A stretch of DNA of 64,000 bases from Candidatus Omnitrophota bacterium (GCA_016931055.1 JAFGFL010000055.1:5773-69772); one strand, 5' to 3'; shown: positions 1 through 9,023, counted from the stretch's first letter. A program made the numbers and translations. The notes: generated from the sequence alone by a model not told the origin.

Positions 1-986
1 CCAGCGAAAAATTTCTTATCGTGGTTCATGATACGGAGGATATCGGATACCTTAACACCCTTGATGCGTTGAGGCAGTGCCATGCGCGTGAGCGCCTCAT
101 CAAGAGTGGAAACATCTTCTCTGCCACATAATCTTTTTTGATAAGAGATGCGGGCAGCGACGCGCATCCCCAAAGCAATAGCTTCTCCATGATGATATTG
201 GTTATATCGTCCCGCCGCTTCAATAGCGTGCCCAATGGTATGGCCAAAATTCAGTATCGTACGGATGCCCTTTGTCTCCCGTTCGTCCGCGACAACCACA
301 TCTCTTTTGATGCAACTGGACCGCTCAACGACATAAACCAAGCTTTTGGGATCAAGGGCCATGAGGCTGTCAGAGTTTTCTGAGACATATTTAAAGAATT
401 TTGCATCCGCAATGACCCCGTATTTCACGACTTCGGCCAGACCATTGCGTATTTGTCTTTTCGTGAGTGTCGGTAATAGCGCGACATCACTAAAGACAAG
501 CCGCGGCTGATAAAAGGCCCCCATCAAATTCTTCCCGATAGCAAGATCGACAGCGACCTTTCCTCCGATAGAGGAATCCACTTGGGCCAAAAAGGTTGTC
601 GGCACCTGGACATAAGGAATGCCCCTTTTGTAAGCAGAAGCGACATAACCCGCGAGGTCCCCGATCACCCCGCCGCCAAAAGCAATAATAAAAATCTTTT
701 TTAACCGGTCGTAACGCGCGATTTCTTCGATTAACCGGAAAACGCTCTGTGCCGATTTCGAACGTTCCCCTGCGGGCACTTGAAGGACCTTGACGGAAAA
801 CCCGTTCTCTTTTAGAGAAGTGAGCAGGGCTTTTCCATGATGCTTCAGAATTACGGGATTAGTGATGATCACCGCATCCTCGCCGATCTTCAAACCCTTT
901 AGTTTGGCGCCTAATTTCGAAAGGATATGGTCCCCTATAACAATATCATAGGCATTCACCTTTAAAGGAACAGGTATGATCCTCAT
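1..986 (-). CDS. aroB: 3-dehydroquinate synthase (C-terminus lies beyond the left window edge)
   Basis: Absent from the ORF track because it runs off the edge. Manual minus-strand translation from the ATG at 986-984 gives MRIIPVPLKVNAYDIVIGDH...AFGGGVIGDLAGYVASAYKRGIPYVQVPTTFLAQVDSSIGGKVAV...NFGHTIGHAIE...HGEAIALGM, which are classic AroB motifs. No stop occurs down to position 1. ATGA start/stop overlap with the upstream M50 gene. Confidence 0.9.
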   Translation of the reverse strand, partial: MRIIPVPLKVNAYDIVIGDHILSKLGAKLKGLKIGEDAVIITNPVILKHHGKALLTSLKENGFSVKVLQVPAGERSKSAQSVFRLIEEIARYDRLKKIFIIAFGGGVIGDLAGYVASAYKRGIPYVQVPTTFLAQVDSSIGGKVAVDLAIGKNLMGAFYQPRLVFSDVALLPTLTKRQIRNGLAEVVKYGVIADAKFFKYVSENSDSLMALDPKSLVYVVERSSCIKRDVVVADERETKGIRTILNFGHTIGHAIEAAGRYNQYHHGEAIALGMRVAARISYQKRLCGREDVSTLDEALTRMALPQRIKGVKVSDILRIMNHDKKFFA

Positions 987-1606
987 GAAAATCGAACCCC
1001 CAATAACTGGCCTAAAAAACTGATAATAGGAAAAAGGATATGCTCAAACAAGCCAACATATAGTAATAATATTACGATTAATAATCCATAACGTTCCAGC
1101 CGGCTATACGACAGAAAGTAACGGTTTGGCAATAATCCCATTACTAAACGCGATCCGTCTAACGGCGGGATTGGGATCAAATTAAAGACCGCCAACAATA
1201 AGTTTATAAATACAGCGAATTCAAGAATTTCGGTAAGACTGCGCTCGGTATTAAGTCTTAATAACAGGCTGAAAATTACCGCCAAACCGATATTCATTGC
1301 CGGGCCAGCCAAGCCGACCCATATCATATCTCTTTTGGGATTGCGAAGCCGCGAAAAACTGACGGGAACGGGCTTGGCCCATCCAAACACAAATGTATTT
1401 AACCCCAGGAAACGCAAGGTCAAAAGGATACCCGGCAATAGTAAGGTCCCAAAAGGGTCCACATGTTTAAATGGATTTAGTGTCAATCTTCCGGCTTGTT
1501 TTGCGGTCGGATCACCCAATTGGTAGGCAATCCAGCCATGGGCGCACTCATGTAATATGATGGCGAAGAATAAAACGACAATAATAGCGGCAATATCAAT
1601 AATCAC
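983..1606 (-). CDS. Site-2 protease family (peptidase M50) membrane metalloprotease
   Basis: 207 aa, multi-pass hydrophobic. HExxH motif (HECAHGW) in the first TM region, followed by GRLTLNPFKHVDPFGT, typical of COG1994/M50B proteins. Confidence 0.8.
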   Translation of the reverse strand: MIIDIAAIIVVLFFAIILHECAHGWIAYQLGDPTAKQAGRLTLNPFKHVDPFGTLLLPGILLTLRFLGLNTFVFGWAKPVPVSFSRLRNPKRDMIWVGLAGPAMNIGLAVIFSLLLRLNTERSLTEILEFAVFINLLLAVFNLIPIPPLDGSRLVMGLLPNRYFLSYSRLERYGLLIVILLLYVGLFEHILFPIISFLGQLLGVRFS

Positions 1607-1630
1607 GGAAACCTGCTGGCAAAGTGTCTC

Positions 1631-2461
1631 TTATAACATCAATCTGACGGTTGAGGCTTGGATGACCGGATAGGCGAATTTGGACCGGAGTTTTTTATTG
1701 ACGATTCCTTCTACAAATACTTTTTGATGTATAAACCTGCCTAAGATATGATTGACGCCTTGTATGTAACAAACCGGCCTGCCTCTCTCAACAATCTTAT
1801 AATAGATTCCAATGGTTTCCCCAACATCATATTTCTCAACATATCCAACGGCAGAAAAAGTCTCTATTTCTTCAGTTTCGACATCTTCTTCATCTAACCG
1901 CCCTTCATCAGGCTCAAGGGATTCTTCTTCGAAGGAAGGAGGCGCATATACCCGCGCTTGATACTCCTCAACATCAACGGACTTGAACTTCAAGTATTGC
2001 TCAGCAACCCATCCATAGCTTTTGGCAACCGGCACAATACGATACCATTCCTCCAATTCCTCTTTGATGAAGATCTGTTCCCCTTTTTCCAGCTGTCCCA
2101 CGACCGTATTATGCGTTCCAGCACCGGCCCGGATATTCACCCGGTCCGCGACAATCCCGCCGGCACTCTGCCCTAAATACTGAATATACGTTTTGCTGAC
2201 ATAACTCCTGGCCGTAGGGGGCAATTGAATTTTGTACCAGCTGTACTCTTTACCAACAACGACGACTTCATCACCCGTATCCAGTTGGCATAAACGTTCA
2301 AAATTAGCGCTTTGTCCCGCGCGGACATTGACCTGATCGGCTGTTATCTCACCTAAAAAAGGGAAGATTTCCTGCTCCCCGTAGACAAGATGCTGATGCC
2401 CCAGGCCAATAGTCACGCTTAAGCACAAAAGAAAGAATTGAGGGATAACACGTGGAGTCAT
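1631..2461 (-). CDS. Secreted protein with two bacterial SH3 (SH3b) domains
   Basis: N-terminal signal-like hydrophobic segment. Two repeats of the VNVRAG...G..V.V......WYKI pattern (SH3_3-like), an acidic linker and an unknown C-terminal domain. Confidence 0.65.
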   Translation of the reverse strand: MTPRVIPQFFLLCLSVTIGLGHQHLVYGEQEIFPFLGEITADQVNVRAGQSANFERLCQLDTGDEVVVVGKEYSWYKIQLPPTARSYVSKTYIQYLGQSAGGIVADRVNIRAGAGTHNTVVGQLEKGEQIFIKEELEEWYRIVPVAKSYGWVAEQYLKFKSVDVEEYQARVYAPPSFEEESLEPDEGRLDEEDVETEEIETFSAVGYVEKYDVGETIGIYYKIVERGRPVCYIQGVNHILGRFIHQKVFVEGIVNKKLRSKFAYPVIQASTVRLML

Positions 2462-2515
2462 ATTCCAGGGAAAATATAACTTAAGAGTATTCTAAAGTGA
2501 GATGAACACAGGGAG

Positions 2516-2752
2516 CTATTTCGTTTCAGGTGCAGCGGCTTCGACAGCTTCGCCTTCTTTTGCTTCTTCTTCCTTCTTCTCTTTCTTGGCCGCTTTGATC
2601 TTCACAATTTTGGTTTTCGGCAACCCGGTAACCGGATGCTCATCATACCAAAGGTCCTTTTTCATCAAGTCTTTGATACGCTCAATACGCGTCAGGACCG
2701 TCCTCTGCTGAGCTCCGGCACTATCCACTTTTAACGACGAGTGTAACGACAT
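2516..2752 (-). CDS. Small basic protein (PVC-type, TIGR04137-like), Lys/Glu-rich tail
   Basis: 78 aa: MSLHSSLK...RTVLTRIERIKDLMKK..W....PVTGLPKTK, then a KKEKKEEE tail. It matches my memory of the conserved 'small basic protein' family; function unknown. Confidence 0.55.
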   Translation of the reverse strand: MSLHSSLKVDSAGAQQRTVLTRIERIKDLMKKDLWYDEHPVTGLPKTKIVKIKAAKKEKKEEEAKEGEAVEAAAPETK

Positions 2753-2753
2753 C

Positions 2754-3377
2754 TTACAGTCTCCTGACTAAGCAATCATTATATCGTTTCTTCAATTTGC
2801 TGGAAAATCTTTTCGCCTCATCCATCTGCCCGAATTTCCCGACACAGACTATGGAATAATTTCCTTTAGGCACAACAAACGTATCCTCATGACCTACGCC
2901 GCGTAAACGGTCAGCTTCCCGCTTTGCGCTCTTCTCGAGTTTAAATGACGCAACCTGGATAGTGAACAGTTTTTCCTGCTCTTGTGTCTTTTCAATCGGT
3001 GGCTTAATGCCCGGTTCCTTTTCTTCACGGATAACCTCCGGAAGATTAACGGGAAGGATGACCCGCTGACCTTCTTTGACTTTCTCTTTTACATCTGCGG
3101 GTTGTTGGATAACATGCTCTTCGGCCGCCTGGGCAACATTACCTTCCTCATTCACGGCAGCCAATAACGCGATTTTCTTCCCCCTTTCAACCCCAAAAGA
3201 GAAAAAAAGAACCAAGACCATAAGGAAAATAATACATAGCACGATACTGTTTTCCAGCGAAAGTGTCAAGTCTTTTGTTAGGCGGGACGGTTTAAACGCA
3301 TCCTGGCTAATTTTTGCAGGCTTTGGAAAAAGTTCAAACTGAGATTGGCCCATACGAGTAATATTCATATTAGGCAT
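2754..3377 (-). CDS. SPOR domain-containing membrane protein (peptidoglycan-binding, likely division-site)
   Basis: One TM helix (IVLCIIFLMVLVLFFSF). C-terminal FTIQVASFKLEKSAKREADRLR...YSIVCVGKFGQMDEAKRFSSKL is a typical SPOR fold signature. Confidence 0.75.
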   Translation of the reverse strand: MPNMNITRMGQSQFELFPKPAKISQDAFKPSRLTKDLTLSLENSIVLCIIFLMVLVLFFSFGVERGKKIALLAAVNEEGNVAQAAEEHVIQQPADVKEKVKEGQRVILPVNLPEVIREEKEPGIKPPIEKTQEQEKLFTIQVASFKLEKSAKREADRLRGVGHEDTFVVPKGNYSIVCVGKFGQMDEAKRFSSKLKKRYNDCLVRRL

Positions 3378-3387
3378 TATAAGAGGA

Positions 3388-4419
3388 TTACTCTCCTAAG
3401 CTCAAGTACTTTCTGAACTTTTTTTGCCTGGAAAGTTCTATGAAGGCACTGACAACTTTTGGGTCAAATTGCGTAGCGCTGTTCCGTTTGAGCTCTTCGA
3501 TAGCCTCTTTAATGGATAGACGGCTCTTATAAGGCCGTTCGATGGTCATGGCTTCAAAGGCATCCACGACGGAGAGAATGCGGGCTCCGATAGGAATCTG
3601 CTCCTTTTTGAGCCCGGAAGGGTAACCCGACCCGTCATAATGTTCGTGATGGTAAAGAATAATCGGCAATACGGGTCTTAGGAATTCGACAGGACGGATC
3701 AGTTCTGCGCTTTTCGCCGGCTGGTTCCGTATGATCTTAAACTCTTCAGGTGTTAATTGGCTTGTCTTGGCCAAAATATTATACGGCACATCGATGGCCC
3801 CGGCACCTCGCAAGATGCTCGCATAATACAGATTGTCAATAGCCTCATCATCAACGCTGAGTTTCCTCCCCAAGCATTCAACTATTTTAAAAAACACCGG
3901 GGTATGCGCCGTGGCTGAAGAATGCCCGTGGCGCTCCAGCATTTTCCCGATAAACTCGATGCTTCCTAAAATGACCTTTTGCTGAGCCTCATTCAATTGA
4001 AGATTCTTGATCGCCGTGACCGACTGCTCGGCGACAACAGAAAGGATTTCCTTATCAGCATCGGTGAAGGGCGGCTCACCTTTCTTGCGCCGGATAAAAA
4101 CCGCCCCCACATTATTATCCGCCACAAGAGGCAACCCGACCAAATGGTCTTCAAAAATCGCATATCCTTCCGTCACCTTCCGTTCCTCTTTGGTCCCATG
4201 TTTTGCGATATCTTTTTTCTTCTCCAGAAGGATATTAATCTTGTTATTGAACATCGCGATGAGATCAACCTTTTTCGTTTCCGGGTCGATAATGTACATC
4301 GTGGATGAACTCGCGCGGATAAACTGGCACAATAAGCGCGTTAACCGTAATGAGAGCTCCCTCACATTATAGGTCGAATTCACCAGACGGTAAACCATGT
4401 GAACCGCCGATAAGACCAT
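3388..4419 (-). CDS. GAF domain / HD-GYP domain protein (putative cyclic-di-GMP phosphodiesterase)
   Basis: HHEHYDGSGYPSGL (HD-GYP signature) in the C-terminal half, with a GAF-like N-terminal half. I moved the start to the ATG at 4419, 1 nt after the dgt stop. The track start at 4461 would overlap dgt by 41 nt. Confidence 0.8.
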   Translation of the reverse strand: MVLSAVHMVYRLVNSTYNVRELSLRLTRLLCQFIRASSSTMYIIDPETKKVDLIAMFNNKINILLEKKKDIAKHGTKEERKVTEGYAIFEDHLVGLPLVADNNVGAVFIRRKKGEPPFTDADKEILSVVAEQSVTAIKNLQLNEAQQKVILGSIEFIGKMLERHGHSSATAHTPVFFKIVECLGRKLSVDDEAIDNLYYASILRGAGAIDVPYNILAKTSQLTPEEFKIIRNQPAKSAELIRPVEFLRPVLPIILYHHEHYDGSGYPSGLKKEQIPIGARILSVVDAFEAMTIERPYKSRLSIKEAIEELKRNSATQFDPKVVSAFIELSRQKKFRKYLSLGE

Positions 4420-4420
4420 C

Positions 4421-5611
4421 TTATACTTTTTCGTTGGGGTCAAATAACCTCTTATGCTCATCGATAGCGAACCTGTCTGTCATGGACGCGATATAGTCGC
4501 AAATAATCTTATATTTTTCGGTTTTTGTTCTTCGCCGGTCTGGCCGGTAAATCTTCTCGGGCAACTGTTCCGGCGTTTTCATATAGACATTAAACAGATC
4601 GTGGATAATCCTTTTGGCTTTATCGGTCATACGGACAACACGGTAATTCTTATAAAATTTCTTCTCGAGAACCTTCTGAAGGGCCTTACGCTCGTTTTCC
4701 ATGGAAGGGCTAAAGCCCAGAATGCTGCGGTTAGGGTTTTTATACGTATATTGTTTAACCTCTTTGAAAGAGCGGAAAGTCAGTTCCTTAAGCTTCCTGT
4801 TGGAAAAAGACAGGAGGTCCTTCATCTGCATATCGATGAGAGCTTTAACGATCTGATATTTGAATATTTCCTTATCCTTAATTTCCCATGCCGAACCAAC
4901 CATCCGCTCAGCCCGGTTCCAGAGCGCGCTTGATTTCAGATCGTCCCCCGTAATGCATCCCGACGTTATTCCGTCATCGATATCATGCGACAAATACGCC
5001 AGAGAATCGGCGATGTCGACGACCTTTGCTTCCAAAGTCGGGCCTTCGTCAACAAATTTATTGTAATGGCTATCTCCAGGCTGATCGTACACCGTTGAAT
5101 GTTTCAAGATCCCGACCAAAACCTCTTTCGTCAGATTCAGGCCATCGAAATCCGGGTAGCGCTTTTCAAGCCCTGCCACAATGTCAAAGCTCCGTTGGTT
5201 ATGGTTGAATTTTAATCTCGGTCTGGCAGAGGCCATAAGATGGTTTAAAGCATTCTCTCCCGCATGGCCGAATGGCGGATGCCCTAAATCATGCGCTAAG
5301 GCGATGGCTTCAATAAGGTCCTCGTTGAGCTGCAGGGTGCGGCCGATCGTTCGGGCAATCTGCGCGACTTCAAGGGTATGCGTCAGCCGTGTCCGGTAAT
5401 AATCCCCCTCATAGATGACAAAGACCTGTGTCTTATATTCCAATTTCCGGAAAGCCTCGCAATGGACAACGCGGTCACGATCGCGCTGGTAGCACGTGCG
5501 GATGTCATGCTGTTCTTCCCTGTATTTCCTTCCGCCGGAATCCTTGCTCCTCATCGCATAAGGGGCCAGGATTTTATCTTCCAGGTTTTCAATGTCTTGT
5601 CGAGTCCGCAT
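4421..5611 (-). CDS. dgt: dGTPase-like deoxynucleoside triphosphate triphosphohydrolase (HD superfamily)
   Basis: 396 aa. RTRLTHTLEVAQIART...HDLGHPPFGHAGE and DIADSLAYLSHDIDD are hallmark Dgt/SAMHD1-like motifs. Confidence 0.85.
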   Translation of the reverse strand: MRTRQDIENLEDKILAPYAMRSKDSGGRKYREEQHDIRTCYQRDRDRVVHCEAFRKLEYKTQVFVIYEGDYYRTRLTHTLEVAQIARTIGRTLQLNEDLIEAIALAHDLGHPPFGHAGENALNHLMASARPRLKFNHNQRSFDIVAGLEKRYPDFDGLNLTKEVLVGILKHSTVYDQPGDSHYNKFVDEGPTLEAKVVDIADSLAYLSHDIDDGITSGCITGDDLKSSALWNRAERMVGSAWEIKDKEIFKYQIVKALIDMQMKDLLSFSNRKLKELTFRSFKEVKQYTYKNPNRSILGFSPSMENERKALQKVLEKKFYKNYRVVRMTDKAKRIIHDLFNVYMKTPEQLPEKIYRPDRRRTKTEKYKIICDYIASMTDRFAIDEHKRLFDPNEKV

Positions 5612-5618
5612 TTTTTCG

Positions 5619-6113
5619 CTATTTTTTTAAGGCCTTCGTCGCTTTGAGGAGCTGTCCGTGTAACGCCTTCAGGGACTGGGAAATGACTTTGGTATGGCCG
5701 GTAACAGGCATAAAATTGACATCCCCTTGCCACCGCGGGACCAGATGTATATGCACATGCCTTGGGAACCCCGCGCCGGCAATTTTCCCAAGATTAATTC
5801 CGATATTATACCCGTCTGCCATCATGGTCTTGTCCAGTAATTTTTTTGCCGCCTCAAGAAGGTCCATTAAGCCTTCCCTTTCCTCTTTCCTCAATCCGCT
5901 CAAATCAGAAACATGGCGATTGGGGACAATCAACATATGCCCATTATTGTAGGGATAGATATTCAAAACAGAATACGCGTGCTTGGCCCTGGTGACGACG
6001 AAATTCTTTTGATCCTTTTTCTCTCTTTGGATCTTACAAAAAACACATTCGTTGGAATTCTTCCCAATGTTTCTCACATATTTAATGCGCCAAGGAGCCC
6101 ACAATCTATCCAT
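5619..6113 (-). CDS. HIT family nucleotide hydrolase/phosphorylase (Ap4A phosphorylase-like subgroup)
   Basis: WAPWR..Y N-terminus and CVFC. The histidine triad is HVHIHLVPRWQGDVNFMPV, as in the Rv2613c-type HIT proteins. Confidence 0.8.
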   Translation of the reverse strand: MDRLWAPWRIKYVRNIGKNSNECVFCKIQREKKDQKNFVVTRAKHAYSVLNIYPYNNGHMLIVPNRHVSDLSGLRKEEREGLMDLLEAAKKLLDKTMMADGYNIGINLGKIAGAGFPRHVHIHLVPRWQGDVNFMPVTGHTKVISQSLKALHGQLLKATKALKK

Positions 6114-6597
6114 TTTGATCCTTTATCTTTATGATTTTCCCGGAAACCTTTCCCTTGTTAATCTCGAGGATCCCATAAGAGCAATGAGGTCCCCGTATCT
6201 TATCTGTGGGGCTTCCCGGATTGAAATATAAGACGTTATCCATAACCTCATTAAACGATTTATGGGAATGCCCGTAAATCACAACATCGACTTTGTCATT
6301 TTTGAATCTGTTCTTCACAAATTCTAGAGACGCGGCAGGAGATCCTTTCCCGTGGCATAACCCAATCTTGACTCCCCCCATCTCAAACACATCGCTCTCG
6401 GGGAGCATCCGGCGCAGTTCCAAATCGTCCATGTTGCCGAAGACAGCACGGACTTCATTGATTTTCTTTAGCATTCTTAGGTCTTCCGCCGAACAAAAAT
6501 CCCCCGCATGAACTATCAGCTCAACATTCTTAAGCTCATCGATCAACTGCTTCGGAAGACTGCGCGAATGAGTGTCAGAGACAACGCCTATTTTCAT
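6106..6597 (-). CDS. YfcE/MJ0936-family metallophosphoesterase
   Basis: MKIGVVSDTHS ... HAGDF ... GNMD ... GHSH ... NPGS: the complete calcineurin-like phosphoesterase motif set in a 163-aa protein. Confidence 0.85.
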   Translation of the reverse strand: MKIGVVSDTHSRSLPKQLIDELKNVELIVHAGDFCSAEDLRMLKKINEVRAVFGNMDDLELRRMLPESDVFEMGGVKIGLCHGKGSPAASLEFVKNRFKNDKVDVVIYGHSHKSFNEVMDNVLYFNPGSPTDKIRGPHCSYGILEINKGKVSGKIIKIKDQNG

Positions 6598-8231
6598 CGG
6601 ACAATATATGGTTTATCGAATAGAGATAATAATGTGTTCAATTCCTGTTCATTCCAAATCCAACATCTCTCCTGCAAGGCCTTCAGACGCGTGTTCTCAT
6701 CCAGGTCCGTCAACGAGATAATAAGGCATTTTTCGGGCCGCGGTTCAATCCGCTTCGCTTCCCGTAGAACCATGTTGACATCGCTTTCTTCAACATGTTC
6801 TCTTTTGGAAACAACAAACCATGTCGCGCCTTCTGTTGAAGCCTTGATCACATCTACAAAACTCCCCTGTTCATTCCGGAACTGGCATGGCGCTATTTCC
6901 TTGAATACCGGCAATTTATATTTTCGCCCGTTCAGATGAAGCGCCTCATTGTCAAAACAGTAAAATAGGTCGATGATCCTTGAGGAAAAGTCCTGGCGGG
7001 TGGCCACGTGAAAGTCTTCGACCCCGGCATGAAATTCCTCCTTGAACTGCCGGTGCTGTTTATCCGGAGACAGCTCAACATCGCGCAGACGCCTTTGGTA
7101 AACATATTTTATCCAATACTTGAAGAGCTTATCCTTGAAATAATGAAAGTTCCCGTTCTTCACAACAACGCCCATCTCAATCAGGCGGGACATCTTCTGC
7201 GTCATTTTGTTTTTCTTGATCCCCGTATCCTGAATGAGATCATCAACTTTATATTTTCCTTTCGCTAAGGAGATGAGCAGCATCGCTATGACCTGGTTTT
7301 CTTTGCCGCTGCACAGTTCATTCACAACCAATTCGAAATGCCGGCTGATCACCCCCCACCGGTCAAAGATCGTATTTTCAACGGCCTGGGACATCAACGG
7401 CAAATAGATCTCTGTTTGTTTATAAATGGCCGTCAGGTTGATCAATTCTCTGCATATGAGATTTAAATACAGCGGATGCCCGCCAGAGAAGTCCGTCAGA
7501 AAGTTGCGTAATTCATTCCCGATATTCAGACCTTTTAAATTACATTCGATAAACTGCTGACTCGTCTGCACGTCAAAAACATCCACATCGACCGTTTCGA
7601 AATTGCCAAACAGCAAAGATAGCTTTTCAGACAAGATTTTCTTTGCCGTTCCTTTATAGGAACTGGACATGATATAAAGGCATTTTTTCTGGGTCATAAT
7701 TTTCTTGCCCAGATTCTGGAACACATGGAGTATGCCGAAATTTTCCAGGCCTTGGAACTCATCCAGGATCAACATGCAATATTTTCCTGTTTCGTTCGTG
7801 AAGATTTCCGGCAATGTCAGTAACCCTAAGAATGAAGCCGGTAATTTCCCGGCATTGAAGTCTTTTTGAATCTTTCTGATGACCTGGACGGTCTGGGGGA
7901 TCAATGCCTGCGAACTTTCGAGCAGCAAATTAAGATCATCATGCAACGGGAGCCGATCGTTCTTTAAAAATCCATAGAGGAGGCCCCCTGTAAATTTATT
8001 GAAGAAGTAGTTAAAGTCTTTATTCTCCAAATCAAGATAAATGGGGACAACATCGCTCTCATCTAAATTCAAGACAAAATGATGTAAGATGGCGCTTTTC
8101 CCGACATAGCGATTTCCCAATAGCGCCACGTTCTGACGGCATCCTTCTTTTAAGTCCGCAACGCGTTTGCGAAGCAGATTCAAGATATCGGTTCTCCCAA
8201 AGAAATTCTTCTCTAAATTCGTATCACTCAT
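6594..8231 (-). CDS. AAA-type ATP-binding protein (Arch_ATPase/COG1672-like) with winged-helix and C-terminal nuclease-like (DUF234-like) module
   Basis: FFGRTDILNLL opening, Walker A GNRYVGKS, Walker B ILDEFQ, and a GGHPLYL motif. A wHTH-like segment (MTQKMSRLIEMGVVVKNGNFHYF) follows. The C-terminal FVDVIKAS..WFVVSKRE resembles a D-x(n)-(S/E)xK nuclease fold. Confidence 0.65.
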   Translation of the reverse strand: MSDTNLEKNFFGRTDILNLLRKRVADLKEGCRQNVALLGNRYVGKSAILHHFVLNLDESDVVPIYLDLENKDFNYFFNKFTGGLLYGFLKNDRLPLHDDLNLLLESSQALIPQTVQVIRKIQKDFNAGKLPASFLGLLTLPEIFTNETGKYCMLILDEFQGLENFGILHVFQNLGKKIMTQKKCLYIMSSSYKGTAKKILSEKLSLLFGNFETVDVDVFDVQTSQQFIECNLKGLNIGNELRNFLTDFSGGHPLYLNLICRELINLTAIYKQTEIYLPLMSQAVENTIFDRWGVISRHFELVVNELCSGKENQVIAMLLISLAKGKYKVDDLIQDTGIKKNKMTQKMSRLIEMGVVVKNGNFHYFKDKLFKYWIKYVYQRRLRDVELSPDKQHRQFKEEFHAGVEDFHVATRQDFSSRIIDLFYCFDNEALHLNGRKYKLPVFKEIAPCQFRNEQGSFVDVIKASTEGATWFVVSKREHVEESDVNMVLREAKRIEPRPEKCLIISLTDLDENTRLKALQERCWIWNEQELNTLLSLFDKPYIVR

Positions 8232-8908
8232 GGTAAATAAAAAAGAGGATTATCCTCAACGGAATTTTTCCTGATCTGAAAATGCAAATAGGCCAAATTG
8301 CTGCTGCGCCCGACTTGCGCAATATCTCTGTTTTTCATCACCCATTCATCCAGCTTGACTAATAGTTTAGCGTTTTTCGCATAGACTGAATATAATCCGT
8401 CAAGATGGTCCAGAATAACTGTATATCCATAGCCGGTCAAATAATCCGCAAAAACAACGCGTCCCTCGCGTACAGCTTTCACCAGATCCCCTTCCTGCGC
8501 TTGTATATCAATGCCTTTGTTGATCCGCCCTTCCCGTTGCTGGTGAAAATAGCTGGTCACTTTCCCATGAACAGGCCAGATAAATTCGACTTGAGCCGCA
8601 TCGACATCAACCAGTATCTCTCGCGCAGTATCAGCCCCGGGGATAAAAACGAGCTGGTTCTTCTCGATTCTGGCAGCCTGCGGAATATTGTTGGCCCTGA
8701 TAATATCATCGATCGAAACATTATATGTTTTGGCAATCCGCCAGAGAGTCTCTTTCTGTTTCACCTTATGATAAATGCCCTTTCGTTCAGGCTTGGCAAT
8801 TGTACGGACAGAAACCTCTTCTTGAGTCTTTATGGAAACACATCCCGCGACAAACACAAGCACGAAACAGAAAAGACCGAAATACAATATTTTTAATCTC
8901 TGGAACAT
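8228..8908 (-). CDS. LysM domain / M23 family peptidoglycan endopeptidase (lipoprotein-like N-terminus)
   Basis: Signal peptide plus Cys (VFVAGCVS). LysM segment (HKVKQKETLWRIAKTYNVSIDDIIRANNI). M23 core (GIDIQAQEGDLVKAVREGRVVFA...GYTVILDH...YLHFQIR). Confidence 0.85.
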   Translation of the reverse strand: MFQRLKILYFGLFCFVLVFVAGCVSIKTQEEVSVRTIAKPERKGIYHKVKQKETLWRIAKTYNVSIDDIIRANNIPQAARIEKNQLVFIPGADTAREILVDVDAAQVEFIWPVHGKVTSYFHQQREGRINKGIDIQAQEGDLVKAVREGRVVFADYLTGYGYTVILDHLDGLYSVYAKNAKLLVKLDEWVMKNRDIAQVGRSSNLAYLHFQIRKNSVEDNPLFYLP

Positions 8909-8945
8909 AATACCGCTACGGCGCGTAGACTAAATAATCGCATCA

Positions 8946-9019
8946 TGGAGCGAGGGACGGGAATCGAACCCGCGTATTAAGCTTGGGAAGCTTACATTCT
9001 ACCATTGAATTACCCTCGC
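8946..9019 (-). tRNA. tRNA-Gly (anticodon CCC), CCA encoded
   Basis: Minus-strand GCGAGGGTAATTCAATGGTAGAATGTAAGCTTCCCAAGCTTAATACGCGGGTTCGATTCCCGTCCCTCGCTCCA folds by hand into a cloverleaf. Acceptor GCGAGGG/CCCTCGC, anticodon stem TAAGC/GCTTA, loop TTCCCAA, T-loop TTCGATT. Confidence 0.95.
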
Positions 9020-9023
9020 TTAT

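Noticed and set aside
4421-5611. The dGTPase-like gene considered as a stand-alone anti-phage dNTP-depletion defence gene.
   Set aside because: It is embedded in a co-directional housekeeping operon with start/stop coupling, with no mobile-element or defence-island hallmarks nearby. Dgt-like HD proteins are common housekeeping enzymes. It is kept only as part of a low-confidence cluster hypothesis.
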